The position numbers and the translations under genes are program-made. A stretch of DNA of 64,000 nucleotides from an uncultured Chloroflexia bacterium (GTDB lineage Bacteria > Chloroflexota > Limnocylindria > Limnocylindrales > CSP1-4), in NCBI GenBank assembly GCA_963713975.1, contig OY970218.1, positions 128,001 to 192,000 on the forward strand. Direction: 5' to 3'. The notes under the pieces were generated by a model, which saw only the letters and a list, made by a program, of their open reading frames with translations, searched no databases and was not told the DNA's origin. Position 1 is the first letter of the stretch, and each line of letters opens with the position of its first letter. Of this stretch, positions 1-12,116 are shown in pieces.

Positions 1-3892
<3,892 letters not shown>

Positions 3893-3901
3893 GGGAGCCG
3901 G

Positions 3902-3939
3902 AGTATAGGGCTCGACGCACATTTCGTACAGATGTTCTA
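3902..3939 (-). promoter_or_regulatory. lhr promoter: -10 TATACT plus LexA/SOS-box-like site TAGAACATCTGTACGA
   Basis: Minus strand reads TAGAACATCTGTACGA (3939-3924), one mismatch from GAAC-N4-GTTC, over the -35 position; TATACT at 3907-3902 lies 9 nt before the GTG. Confidence 0.65.
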
Positions 3940-4217
3940 GATGGCCGCTCGGCCGCCGCGCGGTGTATCCCTCGGCCGCCGAATCGGAACCGGCGAGCCA
4001 GGGTGGGCCCGCCGGTCCTGTTGCCGGTCGGCCGCGCGGTGGAGGGGGAGGGGGTACGCCGCTCGGTCGACCTGTCAGCGCCAATCATCGGCACGGTGCG
4101 GGCCGGAAGGCGCCTGCCGCATCGCCCGCTGATCGATGACCCGGCGGGCCCAATGGCATGTCGGCCAGCCCGATGGCACGGGTCCGTGCGGCCCCCCAGC
4201 CCGTGCGGCCCCCCAGG

Positions 4218-5984
4218 TCACCGCGCCCGCAGGTAGGCGGCGATGGCGCGGGCGTCGTCGCGGGCGGCGTCCGGTGGCGCGACCCGGTTCTCGAATCCAG
4301 CCCCGACCAGCAGCCGACGTGCGACGTCCAGCCGGATCGCCACGTCATCGGGCTCGACCACGTCGCGCTCCGCGACCCCGACCAGGGCGTCCATCCCCGT
4401 TCGTCGCGGCCGACCATCGACCAGGGCCCGCAACATCGCGAGCCCGAGCCCGGCCTGCCTGTACCCGGGCGCGACCCCGACCGCGAGCAGCGACTCGACC
4501 GCGGGCGCCGTCATGGACGGAGCCGCCACGGCCAGGCCCACGATGACGGATCCGGCGACGGCCCCCACCACCCGGGCGCCGTCGGCCAGCCCGGCCCGGA
4601 GGAGCGTCATGGCATCGTCCACAGCGTACGGCGACACGACCCGGGGCAGGAGCGTGAGCCGGTCGAGGTCGGCGGGGCCCAGGGCGAGGACGACCGGCGC
4701 CAGGGACGGGTCCGGGGCTGCCTCCACGCGGGCCAGCTCAGGCGCCACCCCGCCGCCACCCGCCGACCCCAGCAGCGCCTGCCCGGCCCAGGCGAGGGAC
4801 GGACGCCACCAGCCCCGGTCCTCGGCCTCACGAACGAGACGTGGCAGGACGGCCATCCGCACCCGTGCAAGCGTCGCGAGGGATCGCTCCTCGCCCGCCC
4901 GCTGGGCGCCATCCACCGGTCGTCCCGCGTTCGGCTCGTCGAGCACGGTCGACGGCATTCCGGGGGTTCCGAAGGACGCCGCGTCGGTCGCCCACCGGTC
5001 CCGCCACGCCGCCGGCGTCTCCGCGGGCGGCTCCCGGTGAGCTCCGGCCAGCCAGGTCAGGGCCCAGGCACGCGGCACCACCCGATAGGCGTCATACCCG
5101 CCTCCCCCGGTCGCCAGCCAGCGCCCGGCAGCCCATCGATGGGCGACGGCATCGACGAGCCTTGCCGCCTCGCTCATCGCGGTCGTCGTCACACGCAGGT
5201 GCGCGAGCGGATCCCAGGCGTGCGAGTCGGCCCCGTGCTGCGAGACGACGACCTCCGGACCGAAGACTGCCGCCAGTGACGGAAGCAGCGAGCGGACCGC
5301 CGCCAGCCACGCCTCCTCGCCCGCGTGGGGCTCGAACGGCATGTTCACCACCGATCCCGCTGCCGTTCCATCCCCCAGCTCGTGAACGAAGCCGGTCCCC
5401 GGAAACAGGTATCGCCCGTGCTCATGGAACGAGAGGGTCAGCGTCCCCGGGTCCGCCGCCGTCATCGCCTGGGCGCCGTCACCGTGGTGCACGTCGAGGT
5501 CCACGTACAGGACCCGCAGGCCCTCCGCCCGCGCCCGGACGACCGCCAGCGCCGGATCGTTGTAGACGCAGAACCCGGAGGCCCTCGCCGCCAGCGCGTG
5601 GTGGAGGCCACCGCCGGGGTGGTGCGCGTGCTGGACATCGCCGCGCAGCACCGCCTCCATGGCGCCGAGCGAGCCCCCAGCCACGGTCGCGGCGGCCTCG
5701 TGCATGCCGGCGAAGGCGGGGTTGTCGGCGCTGCCGATGCCCATCGATGCGGGCAACGACGGGTCGGCGGATAGCCGCCGGACCGTGGCGAGGTACTCGG
5801 GGAGGTGGAGGCGGAGCAGGGCATCGTCCGACACCGGCTCCGGGGCGAGCCCGGGCTCCGCACCGAGACGCCGGAGCAGGTCGATGCCCGGTCCGAAGCG
5901 CAGCGGCGTCAGCGGATGCGCGGGGCCGAAGTCGTACCCGAGCGACCCGGGACCGAACACCAGGAGCGGATCAGCGGGTGCCAT
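4218..5984 (-). CDS. acuC: AcuC/HDAC-family deacetylase with C-terminal GNAT-like domain
   Basis: HPLTPLR, GGGLHHA, SGFCVYND, YVDLDVHHGDG, FPGTG, QHGADSHAWDPL and GGGGY motifs; C-terminal VGVAPGYRQAGLGLAML acetyl-CoA-binding motif. Confidence 0.88.
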   Translation of the reverse strand: MAPADPLLVFGPGSLGYDFGPAHPLTPLRFGPGIDLLRRLGAEPGLAPEPVSDDALLRLHLPEYLATVRRLSADPSLPASMGIGSADNPAFAGMHEAAATVAGGSLGAMEAVLRGDVQHAHHPGGGLHHALAARASGFCVYNDPALAVVRARAEGLRVLYVDLDVHHGDGAQAMTAADPGTLTLSFHEHGRYLFPGTGFVHELGDGTAAGSVVNMPFEPHAGEEAWLAAVRSLLPSLAAVFGPEVVVSQHGADSHAWDPLAHLRVTTTAMSEAARLVDAVAHRWAAGRWLATGGGGYDAYRVVPRAWALTWLAGAHREPPAETPAAWRDRWATDAASFGTPGMPSTVLDEPNAGRPVDGAQRAGEERSLATLARVRMAVLPRLVREAEDRGWWRPSLAWAGQALLGSAGGGGVAPELARVEAAPDPSLAPVVLALGPADLDRLTLLPRVVSPYAVDDAMTLLRAGLADGARVVGAVAGSVIVGLAVAAPSMTAPAVESLLAVGVAPGYRQAGLGLAMLRALVDGRPRRTGMDALVGVAERDVVEPDDVAIRLDVARRLLVGAGFENRVAPPDAARDDARAIAAYLRAR

Positions 5985-6048
5985 GACCCGGCCGACGATA
6001 CCCCGTCACCAGCACTGCCGCGCCTCCCACGCTGCTACCATCGCGGCC

Positions 6049-6225
6049 ATGGACCTGATCCTGATCCTGGCCATCGCCCTCATCGTCGTCATCATGTGGC
6101 GCGGCCCCAAGACGCTGCCGTTGCTCGGCAAGGCGTTCGGCCAGGGCGTGAAGGAGGCGAAGAAGGAGATCGACGGGATCAAGGACGACGTCGAGACCCC
6201 CGAGGACGAGTCGAAGTCGTCCTAG
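6049..6225 (+). CDS. tatA: Twin-arginine translocase TatA/E subunit
   Basis: MDLILILAIALIVVIMWRGPKTLPLLGKAFGQGVKEAKKE: TM helix, G hinge, amphipathic helix, acidic tail. Confidence 0.85.
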   Translation: MDLILILAIALIVVIMWRGPKTLPLLGKAFGQGVKEAKKEIDGIKDDVETPEDESKSS

Positions 6226-6303
6226 CGGCGGGCCGGGACGAACCGCGGAGATCGCCTCGCCTCAGCGCGCCAGGGAGCCGCCGACCCGTCGGGCTGCCCC
6301 GCG

Positions 6304-6804
6304 TCACAGGGCCAGTGTGTAGGCCCACAACCTGACCCCCGGCACGGGCTCGAAGTCCCGCGCCGGAGCTCGCTGAAACCCGAGCCGCTCGTAGAGACGC
6401 TGGGCGGTGGTCCATGACGGTTCCGTGGTGATGGCCAGGCCCCGGCGTCCAGCCGTCCGTGCCCGTGCCGCGCAGGCGTCCACCAGGCTCGCCCCGACAC
6501 CCCGGCCCCGTGCCCCCACCGCGACACCGAGCATCCGGAACCCCGCCTCGTCGGGCAGCTCCAGCTCCGCCAGCGGGCTGGCGTGATCACGGACGTAGCT
6601 CACGCACCCCAGCAGCGTCCCGTCGTCGTCCACCGCGACCAGGATGTCCGCATCGCCGGCCCGACCCCTGGCGTCACGCACCTGGTCAAGGTACCCGCCG
6701 GCCTCGTCCATGCCCGGTTGGGTCCGGTACGCATCGGCGACCAACCGACCCGCCGCCTCGAGCTCATCGTCCCGGGCAAGCCGGATCGTGACACCGGTCG
6801 TCAC
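6304..6804 (-). CDS. GNAT family N-acetyltransferase
   Basis: RMLGVAVGARGRGVG and AQRLYERLGF motifs; GTG overlaps the upstream stop (GTGA). Confidence 0.85.
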   Translation of the reverse strand: MTTGVTIRLARDDELEAAGRLVADAYRTQPGMDEAGGYLDQVRDARGRAGDADILVAVDDDGTLLGCVSYVRDHASPLAELELPDEAGFRMLGVAVGARGRGVGASLVDACAARARTAGRRGLAITTEPSWTTAQRLYERLGFQRAPARDFEPVPGVRLWAYTLAL

Positions 6805-8900
6805 GTACCAGCCAGCAGGGCGTCGAGCGCCTCCGGCTCGTGGACCGGCTGGCGGCATGCGAACTCACGGCACACGAAGGCAGTCGCCCGGCCGTGCAGG
6901 GCGAAGCGGTGGATGAGCAGCGGCACGGCGGAGGACGCGGGCGAGACCGACACCGCGAGCACCCTGAATGGGTGGTAGCCGCGGTCCACGACCCGCAGCA
7001 ACTGTCGGGTGTGTGCGTCGGCCGGATCCCCGATGATCGCGACCTCGGTAAGGCCGGCATGGGCGAGCTCGAGCGCGCACAGCCACTGGGCGAAGGCCGT
7101 CGGGTAGCGCGCGAGGTACGGGCCGACCACCGCCAGCGCCCGCTCGGCAGCCGCCAGGTAGCGTGGGTCGCCGGTGAGCGCCGAGAGCCTGATCAGGACG
7201 GTCGCCGCCATCCCGCCACCCGATGGCGTGGCGTTGTCCTGGAGGCCCTTCGGGCGCACGACGAGCGGCTCCCCGTCATCGGACGTGTCGAAGAACCCGC
7301 CTTCCGGGTCGCCGAACCTGGCCAGGATCGTCTCCACCAGCGACACGGCGCCCGAGAACCAGCGCTCGTCCAGTGTGGCCTCGTAGAGCGCCAGCAGCCC
7401 GTCCGCAAGGTTCGCGTGGTCCTCCAGCACGCCGTTCGCGGTAGCGCGTCCGTCCTTCCACGACCGGTGAAGGCGCCCATCTCCATCCAGGAGGCCCCGC
7501 AGCACGGCGTCCGCCGCCGCCACGGCCGCCTCGCGATAGCGGTCTGCCAGCCCGTCCAGGTCGGGGTCGGCGTCCCCCGAGAGCGAGCGTGCCGCGTCGG
7601 CAAGGGCGGCGATCGCGAGACCGTTCCAGGCCGCCAGCACCTTGTCATCCCGCGCGGGCTGCGGCCGGTCTGCGCGACGTTCCAGGAGCCGTGCCCTGCC
7701 TGCCGCGAGACGGCGGGCAACCTCATCCGGCGCCAGGCCGAACCGATCCGCGAGCTCCGCGTCCGATCGGATCCGCGACAGGATCGTGTGGCCCTCCCAG
7801 TTCCCGCCGTCGGTCGCGCCGTAGGCGGCGGCCACCAGCGCCGCGTCGGCTCCGAGCACCTCGCGGATCTCGCCGGCGGACCACACGAACGTGGCGCCCT
7901 CCTCGCCTTCGGTGTCGGCGTCCTGGCTCGCGGCGAAGCCGCCGTCGGGCGTCCGCAGCTCGCGCAGCAGGTAGTCGAGGGTGCCGGTTGCGGTGCCGAG
8001 ATAGGACGGGTCGCTGGTGAGCGCCCACGCGTGGATGTACACCCGTGCCAGCTGGGCGTTGTCGTACAGCATCTGCTCGAAGTGCGGGACCAGCCAGCCG
8101 GCATCCGTGGAATAGCGGTGGAAGCCCCCGCCCAGGTGATCGTGGATGCCGCCCGCGGCCATCGCGTCGAGGCTCCGCCGGGCGATCTCGAGCGGGGCGG
8201 CGTCGCCGGTGGCCACGTGACGGCGGAGCAGCGCCTCGATCGTCATGGCCTGCGGGAACTTCGGTGCCCGACCCCAGCCACCGGTGACCGGGTCGAAGGC
8301 ATCGGCGATCCCGGCAGCCGCATCGGCGAGCGTCTCCGTGGGCGGCAGCCCCGACGCCGGCGACGCCGCCCGCTGCTGCTCGGCCAGCGCCTGCACCAGT
8401 CGTCCACCAGCCTCCTCCAGGTCCGCGCGACGCTCGGTCCAGGCCTGGGTCACGCCAGCCAGGACCTGGCGGAACGACGGCAGGCCATGGCGCGACTCGG
8501 GTGGGAAGTAGGTGCCGCCGAAGAAGGGCCGTCCCTCGGGCGTGAGGAACACGCTCATCGGCCAGCCACCCTGACCGGTGAGCGCCTGCACGGCACCCAT
8601 GTACAGCGCGTCGATGTCCGGCCGTTCCTCGCGGTCAACCTTGATCGCGACGAAGTGCGCGTTGAGCTGCGCTGCGGTCGCACCGTCCTCGAACGACTCG
8701 CGTTCCATCACATGGCACCAGTGGCAGGCCGCATAGCCCACGGACAGGAAGACCGGCCGATCGAGCTCGATGGCCCGGTCCAGCGCCTCACGCCCCCACG
8801 GGTACCAGTCCACGGGATTGCGAGCGTGCTGGAGCAGGTACGGGCTTGTCTCACCCGCGAGACGGTTCGCGCGCTGCGGGGATGGATCGACCACTGCCAT
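6801..8900 (-). CDS. Thioredoxin domain-containing protein (DUF255/YyaL/SPATA20 family)
   Basis: NRLAGETSPYLLQHARNPVDW, CHWCHVMERESF, KVDREERPDID, GGWP, VPHFEQMLYDNA. Confidence 0.92.
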   Translation of the reverse strand: MAVVDPSPQRANRLAGETSPYLLQHARNPVDWYPWGREALDRAIELDRPVFLSVGYAACHWCHVMERESFEDGATAAQLNAHFVAIKVDREERPDIDALYMGAVQALTGQGGWPMSVFLTPEGRPFFGGTYFPPESRHGLPSFRQVLAGVTQAWTERRADLEEAGGRLVQALAEQQRAASPASGLPPTETLADAAAGIADAFDPVTGGWGRAPKFPQAMTIEALLRRHVATGDAAPLEIARRSLDAMAAGGIHDHLGGGFHRYSTDAGWLVPHFEQMLYDNAQLARVYIHAWALTSDPSYLGTATGTLDYLLRELRTPDGGFAASQDADTEGEEGATFVWSAGEIREVLGADAALVAAAYGATDGGNWEGHTILSRIRSDAELADRFGLAPDEVARRLAAGRARLLERRADRPQPARDDKVLAAWNGLAIAALADAARSLSGDADPDLDGLADRYREAAVAAADAVLRGLLDGDGRLHRSWKDGRATANGVLEDHANLADGLLALYEATLDERWFSGAVSLVETILARFGDPEGGFFDTSDDGEPLVVRPKGLQDNATPSGGGMAATVLIRLSALTGDPRYLAAAERALAVVGPYLARYPTAFAQWLCALELAHAGLTEVAIIGDPADAHTRQLLRVVDRGYHPFRVLAVSVSPASSAVPLLIHRFALHGRATAFVCREFACRQPVHEPEALDALLAGT

Positions 8901-9087
8901 GCCTCGATGGTACGCGCGGCCGGTGCACCGGCGCCCCACCAAACGCCCTGCAGGGCCAATCGACCCGGGGGCAGCGGCAAGATTTCTCTGGTCAACCAGA
9001 CGCAGGGCGTCGTAGGCTACGCTTCTCACACCGCCGATTATTCGTGCCCGTCGGCAAGGAGATGGATCGCTGGACCGCTGGCTCCGC

Positions 9088-10902
9088 GTGACGGTCGTCG
9101 CGCTCCTCCTCGCGCTCATCGGCGCGACAGGTGTTCCGGCACCCGCCGCGGCTGCTGCGCGCGTGCCGAAGGTGGCGCTGGTCGTGGGACCCGCCGGCTC
9201 GCTGACCAACACCTACCGTGCCCTGGCGGACGAGGCTGCGACGGCGGCTCGCAACGCCGGCGCCGAGGTGGTCAGGGTCTACTCGCCCAACGCCACGTGG
9301 CCTGCGGTCAAGCAGGCCGTGACGGGCGCCTCGATCGTCGTCTACCTGGGCCACGGAAACGGCTGGCCAAGTCCCTACCGGAATTCGCTGTACCCGCCCA
9401 CCCAGAATGGCTTCGGGTTGAACCCGGTCGCCGGCCGGGATGATTCGACGCACCAGTACTTCGGCGAGGCGTCCGTGGGCAAGCTGCAGCTCGCCCCGAA
9501 CGCCGTCGTGATCCTGAGCCACCTGTGCTATGCGTCCGGCAACGCGGAGCCCGGCCAGTCCGAAGGGACCACCACGCAGGCCGTCCAGCGCGTGGACAAC
9601 TTCGCGGCCGGGTTCCTGAAGGCCGGCGCGAAGGCCGTCGTCGCCGAGGCGTACCTCGGGCCCGCGTACTACGTGCGGTCGCTGCTGGGCGATCGCGGCA
9701 GCATCGAGGCCATCTGGTCGAGGTCCCCTGCCGCAAACGACCGCCACCCGATCGCCGCGCCGAGCGTGCGCACCCCTGGCTACACCCTCCACCTGGATCC
9801 CGACCACGCCGCCAGCGGCTTCGTCCGTTCGCTGGTGTCCCGTGGCGTCACCGCCGCCGAGATGCGCGCAGGCGCGACCGGGAGCGCCGGAGCCGCGCCG
9901 CGAACGGGCCCGTTCACGCCGGTGGCCGGGCCCACGCTGGCCTCGGCAGGCGTCCGGTTCGGTGAGCCTGCGTTCCAGTCACTGCCGATCGCGGGGGATA
10001 GGACGCAGCTGACGCTCCCGTTCACGGCCGGCAACCGCACGCTTGTCCCGGCAGGAACCGAGATGAGCATCCGGTGGGACCTGATCGTGCCCGATCCCGT
10101 GGCCGGGGGCGTGGACAGCGCGGCCGAGCCGACACCCTCCCCCTCGGTCTCACCGGCTCCCACCGAGACCACCGGGCCCGAGCTCGCACCGACCGCGACG
10201 CCCATCCCGGCCGCCCCTGAGGTCGACCTTGTCGTGCCCGAGCAACAGGGCTCCGTCGTGGAACCCGCGCGAGCAACGCGCACCACTGCCGGGCTGCGGC
10301 TGACCGTGCGCTACCCGGCAAAGGCCGGCCTGTACCGCCTGTCACTGATGCTCCACACGCCGGACGGGGTCGCCTACGACTCCGCGACCCAGGACCTCCT
10401 CGTGCCGATGCTGGTCCAGGTCGGCGGCCCGGTCGCTGCCGCGTACGGCGTCAACGGGACCATCGAGCTTGGCGCCGGCTCCTTGGCCGACATGCCCGTC
10501 CGGGTGCTGAACGCGGGCTCCGAGCCGTGGGACAGCACGCTGATCCTGCCGCCGACCGTGGAGAACGGACACGCGGCTCTGCCGTACCGGACCGCGGTCC
10601 TGCCGGCGCAGCTCGTGGCGACGTGGATATCGACGGGCTGGCTGGAGGTGCCCTCTCCCATCTCCGTCGTGATGAGCGCGGAAGCTGCCGCGCCCGGCAG
10701 CAGCACCGAGGTCATGATCCCCCTGGTCGCTCCAGCCCTGCCCGGCGACTACCTCCTCGTGCTCGACGTGCTGTCGTCGGTCGACGGGCCGTTGTCCGCC
10801 CTCGGATCCGCGCCCGCGATCGTCCGCGTCACCGTCGTGGCCCCGCCTTCGCCGTCGGTGTCCCCCATCGCCGTTCCCAAGGCGCCCCAGCCTCTCGATT
10901 GA
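9088..10902 (+). CDS. Secreted protein with N-terminal putative clan-CD (CHAT/gingipain-like) peptidase domain
   Basis: Signal-peptide-like N-terminus; IVVYLGHGNG ... VILSHLCYASG ... FAAGFLKAGAKAVVA; Pro/Thr linker; beta-rich C-terminus. Start codon uncertain. Confidence 0.6.
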   Translation: MTVVALLLALIGATGVPAPAAAAARVPKVALVVGPAGSLTNTYRALADEAATAARNAGAEVVRVYSPNATWPAVKQAVTGASIVVYLGHGNGWPSPYRNSLYPPTQNGFGLNPVAGRDDSTHQYFGEASVGKLQLAPNAVVILSHLCYASGNAEPGQSEGTTTQAVQRVDNFAAGFLKAGAKAVVAEAYLGPAYYVRSLLGDRGSIEAIWSRSPAANDRHPIAAPSVRTPGYTLHLDPDHAASGFVRSLVSRGVTAAEMRAGATGSAGAAPRTGPFTPVAGPTLASAGVRFGEPAFQSLPIAGDRTQLTLPFTAGNRTLVPAGTEMSIRWDLIVPDPVAGGVDSAAEPTPSPSVSPAPTETTGPELAPTATPIPAAPEVDLVVPEQQGSVVEPARATRTTAGLRLTVRYPAKAGLYRLSLMLHTPDGVAYDSATQDLLVPMLVQVGGPVAAAYGVNGTIELGAGSLADMPVRVLNAGSEPWDSTLILPPTVENGHAALPYRTAVLPAQLVATWISTGWLEVPSPISVVMSAEAAAPGSSTEVMIPLVAPALPGDYLLVLDVLSSVDGPLSALGSAPAIVRVTVVAPPSPSVSPIAVPKAPQPLD

Positions 10903-11642
10903 CGACCTTGGCTCCGGGCGTGACAACTGCCGGCACCGTGCACGGCTTCCTGCCGTCCGTCCACGGGCTGCCGTTCTCCAACTCGTTCCCGCCCGGACCC
11001 ACGCTTCGGCTGGGGCCGTTCGACCCCAGGGTCATCGGGTTCGGCGATGCGTCCGCTGGCCTGTGCGGCGGGATGGCGCTGACGGCGCGCGACCTGTTCG
11101 AGGCCGGGCTGACCGGGCCGGCATCGACCGCAGGCCCACCCGAGAACGGCTCCCCGCAGTTCCGCGCGCTGGTCCGTCGCCAGGTGGAGTCACTGGACTG
11201 GCTCCGCGTCCCGTTCCGCTACCTGGATCTGCAGGCCCTGCGGCCGGATCCGCCGACGGGCGTGGCCCGCTGCCTGCGGCGTGAACCGCCACGGGTGGAG
11301 GCCGTCCTCCTGGAGTGGCCCCGGATCCAAGCCGAGATCGACGCCGGGCACCCGGCGGTGGTGGGTCTCATCAGGGCGGCGGGGCTTTCCCCGTGGGCCC
11401 TCACGCAGAACCACCAGGTCCTCGCCTGGGCGTGGGAGGCTGTCGAGGGTGTGACCACCATCCGCGTCTACGATCCGAACCACCCGGGCCGTGACGACGT
11501 GGAGCTGCGGGTGGGAATCGAGGATGACGCGGCCAGGCCATGGCGCGATCGAATCAACCTGGCGCAGTCAACCGGCGAGCCGCTCCTGGGCTTCTTCCGC
11601 CAGCCGTACCCGCCGGTGCGCAGCGTCCGGGCCTGGCGCTAG
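10899..11642 (+). CDS. Hypothetical protein, putative papain-fold cysteine peptidase
   Basis: GLCGGMA ... NHQVLAW ... RVYDPN; TTG start overlaps the upstream TGA. Confidence 0.6.
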   Translation: MTTLAPGVTTAGTVHGFLPSVHGLPFSNSFPPGPTLRLGPFDPRVIGFGDASAGLCGGMALTARDLFEAGLTGPASTAGPPENGSPQFRALVRRQVESLDWLRVPFRYLDLQALRPDPPTGVARCLRREPPRVEAVLLEWPRIQAEIDAGHPAVVGLIRAAGLSPWALTQNHQVLAWAWEAVEGVTTIRVYDPNHPGRDDVELRVGIEDDAARPWRDRINLAQSTGEPLLGFFRQPYPPVRSVRAWR

Positions 11643-11661
11643 CAGTTGGGTGCGGGCCGGC

Positions 11662-12027
11662 TCAGCGGCGCGTGCGCTGGGCCAGGCCGGCGCTCGGGCC
11701 GGCCGGCTCCTCGGCATCCGGCACCGGCGCCTCGAGCTGCTCGCGGCGCCATCCACACCGGTAGCAGTGGTTCGCCGACGCGGTGTTCCGGGAGATGCAG
11801 CGCACGCAGTTCCAGGCAGTCGCCGGCATCCGGGGCCGTCGTCGGAGGACCCCGCGTAGCGCGATGGGTCCGTACTCGCGCCACAGGTCGGCCAGCTCGT
11901 CGCCGATCTGCATCAGCGTCTTGCGCGCGAGGACACCGATCACGCCGATGAGCATCGCCACGAGCACGACCCCAGCGACGACCTCGGGTGCGAAGTCGAG
12001 CCCCTCGGAGGTGACAACGGGCGTCAT
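11662..12027 (-). CDS. Small membrane protein with RanBP2-type zinc finger
   Basis: N-terminal hydrophobic helix VVAGVVLVAMLIGVIGVLA; WNCVRCISRNTASANHCYRC. Confidence 0.65.
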   Translation of the reverse strand: MTPVVTSEGLDFAPEVVAGVVLVAMLIGVIGVLARKTLMQIGDELADLWREYGPIALRGVLRRRPRMPATAWNCVRCISRNTASANHCYRCGWRREQLEAPVPDAEEPAGPSAGLAQRTRR

Positions 12028-12116
12028 GCGTCGATGTTCACGATCCCTCCGGTTGGCCGCAAGCGACCGATGGGGGTAACGCCGGCAGGAACGCGCGACC
12101 GTTCCGCCCGAGATGA

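Noticed and set aside
4184-4216. 16-bp direct repeat CCGTGCGGCCCCCCAG (two copies)
   Set aside because: Only two copies just past the acuC stop, with no associated element; probably a local duplication.
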